Virus record (IMG/VR): IMGVR_UViG_3300017740_000077
Span: 1-24,966 of that record
From: a virus
Taxonomy: Duplodnaviria; Caudoviricetes
Direction: 5' to 3' (one strand)
Length of the DNA: 24,966 nt
Shown here: in pieces, positions 24,799-24,966 of the stretch
How positions within the stretch are numbered: position 1 is the first letter of the stretch
Layout: every line of letters begins with the position of its first letter
Program-made: the position numbers and the translations under genes
The notes under the pieces: model-generated
Databases searched by the model: none
The model's input: the letters and a program-made list of their open reading frames with translations, nothing else
Told to the model about the DNA's origin: nothing

Positions 24799-24966
24799 TT
24801 AAGCACCTATAATTACCCAACCTTTTGTTGCACCTGAATATATTATTTCAAAACTTGCAGTTGCATTATTTAATGTTAAATCTGTTGCACTACCCATTAT
24901 TAAACTTCCGTTTCTTGCAAGTACACATGTTGCAACTCCTGACAAGTTACTAATTTTTATTGAATC
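24799..24966 (-). CDS. C-terminus of a tail fibre protein (truncated by the window edge)
   Basis: My translation: DSIKISNLSGVATCVLARNGSLIMGSATDLTLNNATASFEIIYSGATKGWVIIGA*. This is the same module found at the N-terminus of the 652- and 449-aa fibres (SIIYSGTAQGW, RITYIDSTQGW). Confidence 0.7.
   Translation of the reverse strand, partial: DSIKISNLSGVATCVLARNGSLIMGSATDLTLNNATASFEIIYSGATKGWVIIGA

Noticed and set aside
5841-24802. Other plus-strand and nested alternate-frame ORFs (e.g. 5841-6050, 6821-7006, 9854-10105, 10850-11386, 11493-12014, 13010-13510, 21294-21679, 22372-23187, 24551-24802)
   Set aside because: All lie wholly or almost wholly within well-supported minus-strand genes and show no recognisable motifs.
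1-24966. tRNA, rRNA, CRISPR array, transposase or integrase
   Set aside because: After adding the missed small ORFs, the largest intergenic gap is about 100 nt and AT-rich. No cloverleaf, regularly spaced repeat or recombinase motif was seen.

Overview
The window is a gene-dense, AT-rich segment of a tailed dsDNA bacteriophage. It holds the late (virion morphogenesis) region, with every credible gene on the minus strand. In transcription order (right to left) it contains: (1) a cassette of glycine-rich tail-fibre/receptor-binding proteins in two paralogous pairs, one with an inserted LamG domain, plus a tail-fibre assembly chaperone; (2) phage-encoded GroEL then GroES; (3) about 4 kb of small, mostly basic ORFs interleaved with an M15 endolysin, two holin candidates and a tiny HExxH peptidase; (4) a second co-chaperonin with two tandem GroES-like domains; (5) terminase, portal, scaffold and major capsid protein; and (6) crAss-like ring and tail-stabilisation proteins. 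Gene order, protein types and A-rich starts without Shine-Dalgarno sites suggest a crAss-like podovirus of a Bacteroidota (probably aquatic Flavobacteriia) host; this is an inference and no search was run. The two most interesting signals are a complete viral chaperonin system with two different lids, and a small-protein cluster with shared short motifs next to a mini-metalloprotease, possibly a capsid-targeting/processing system.
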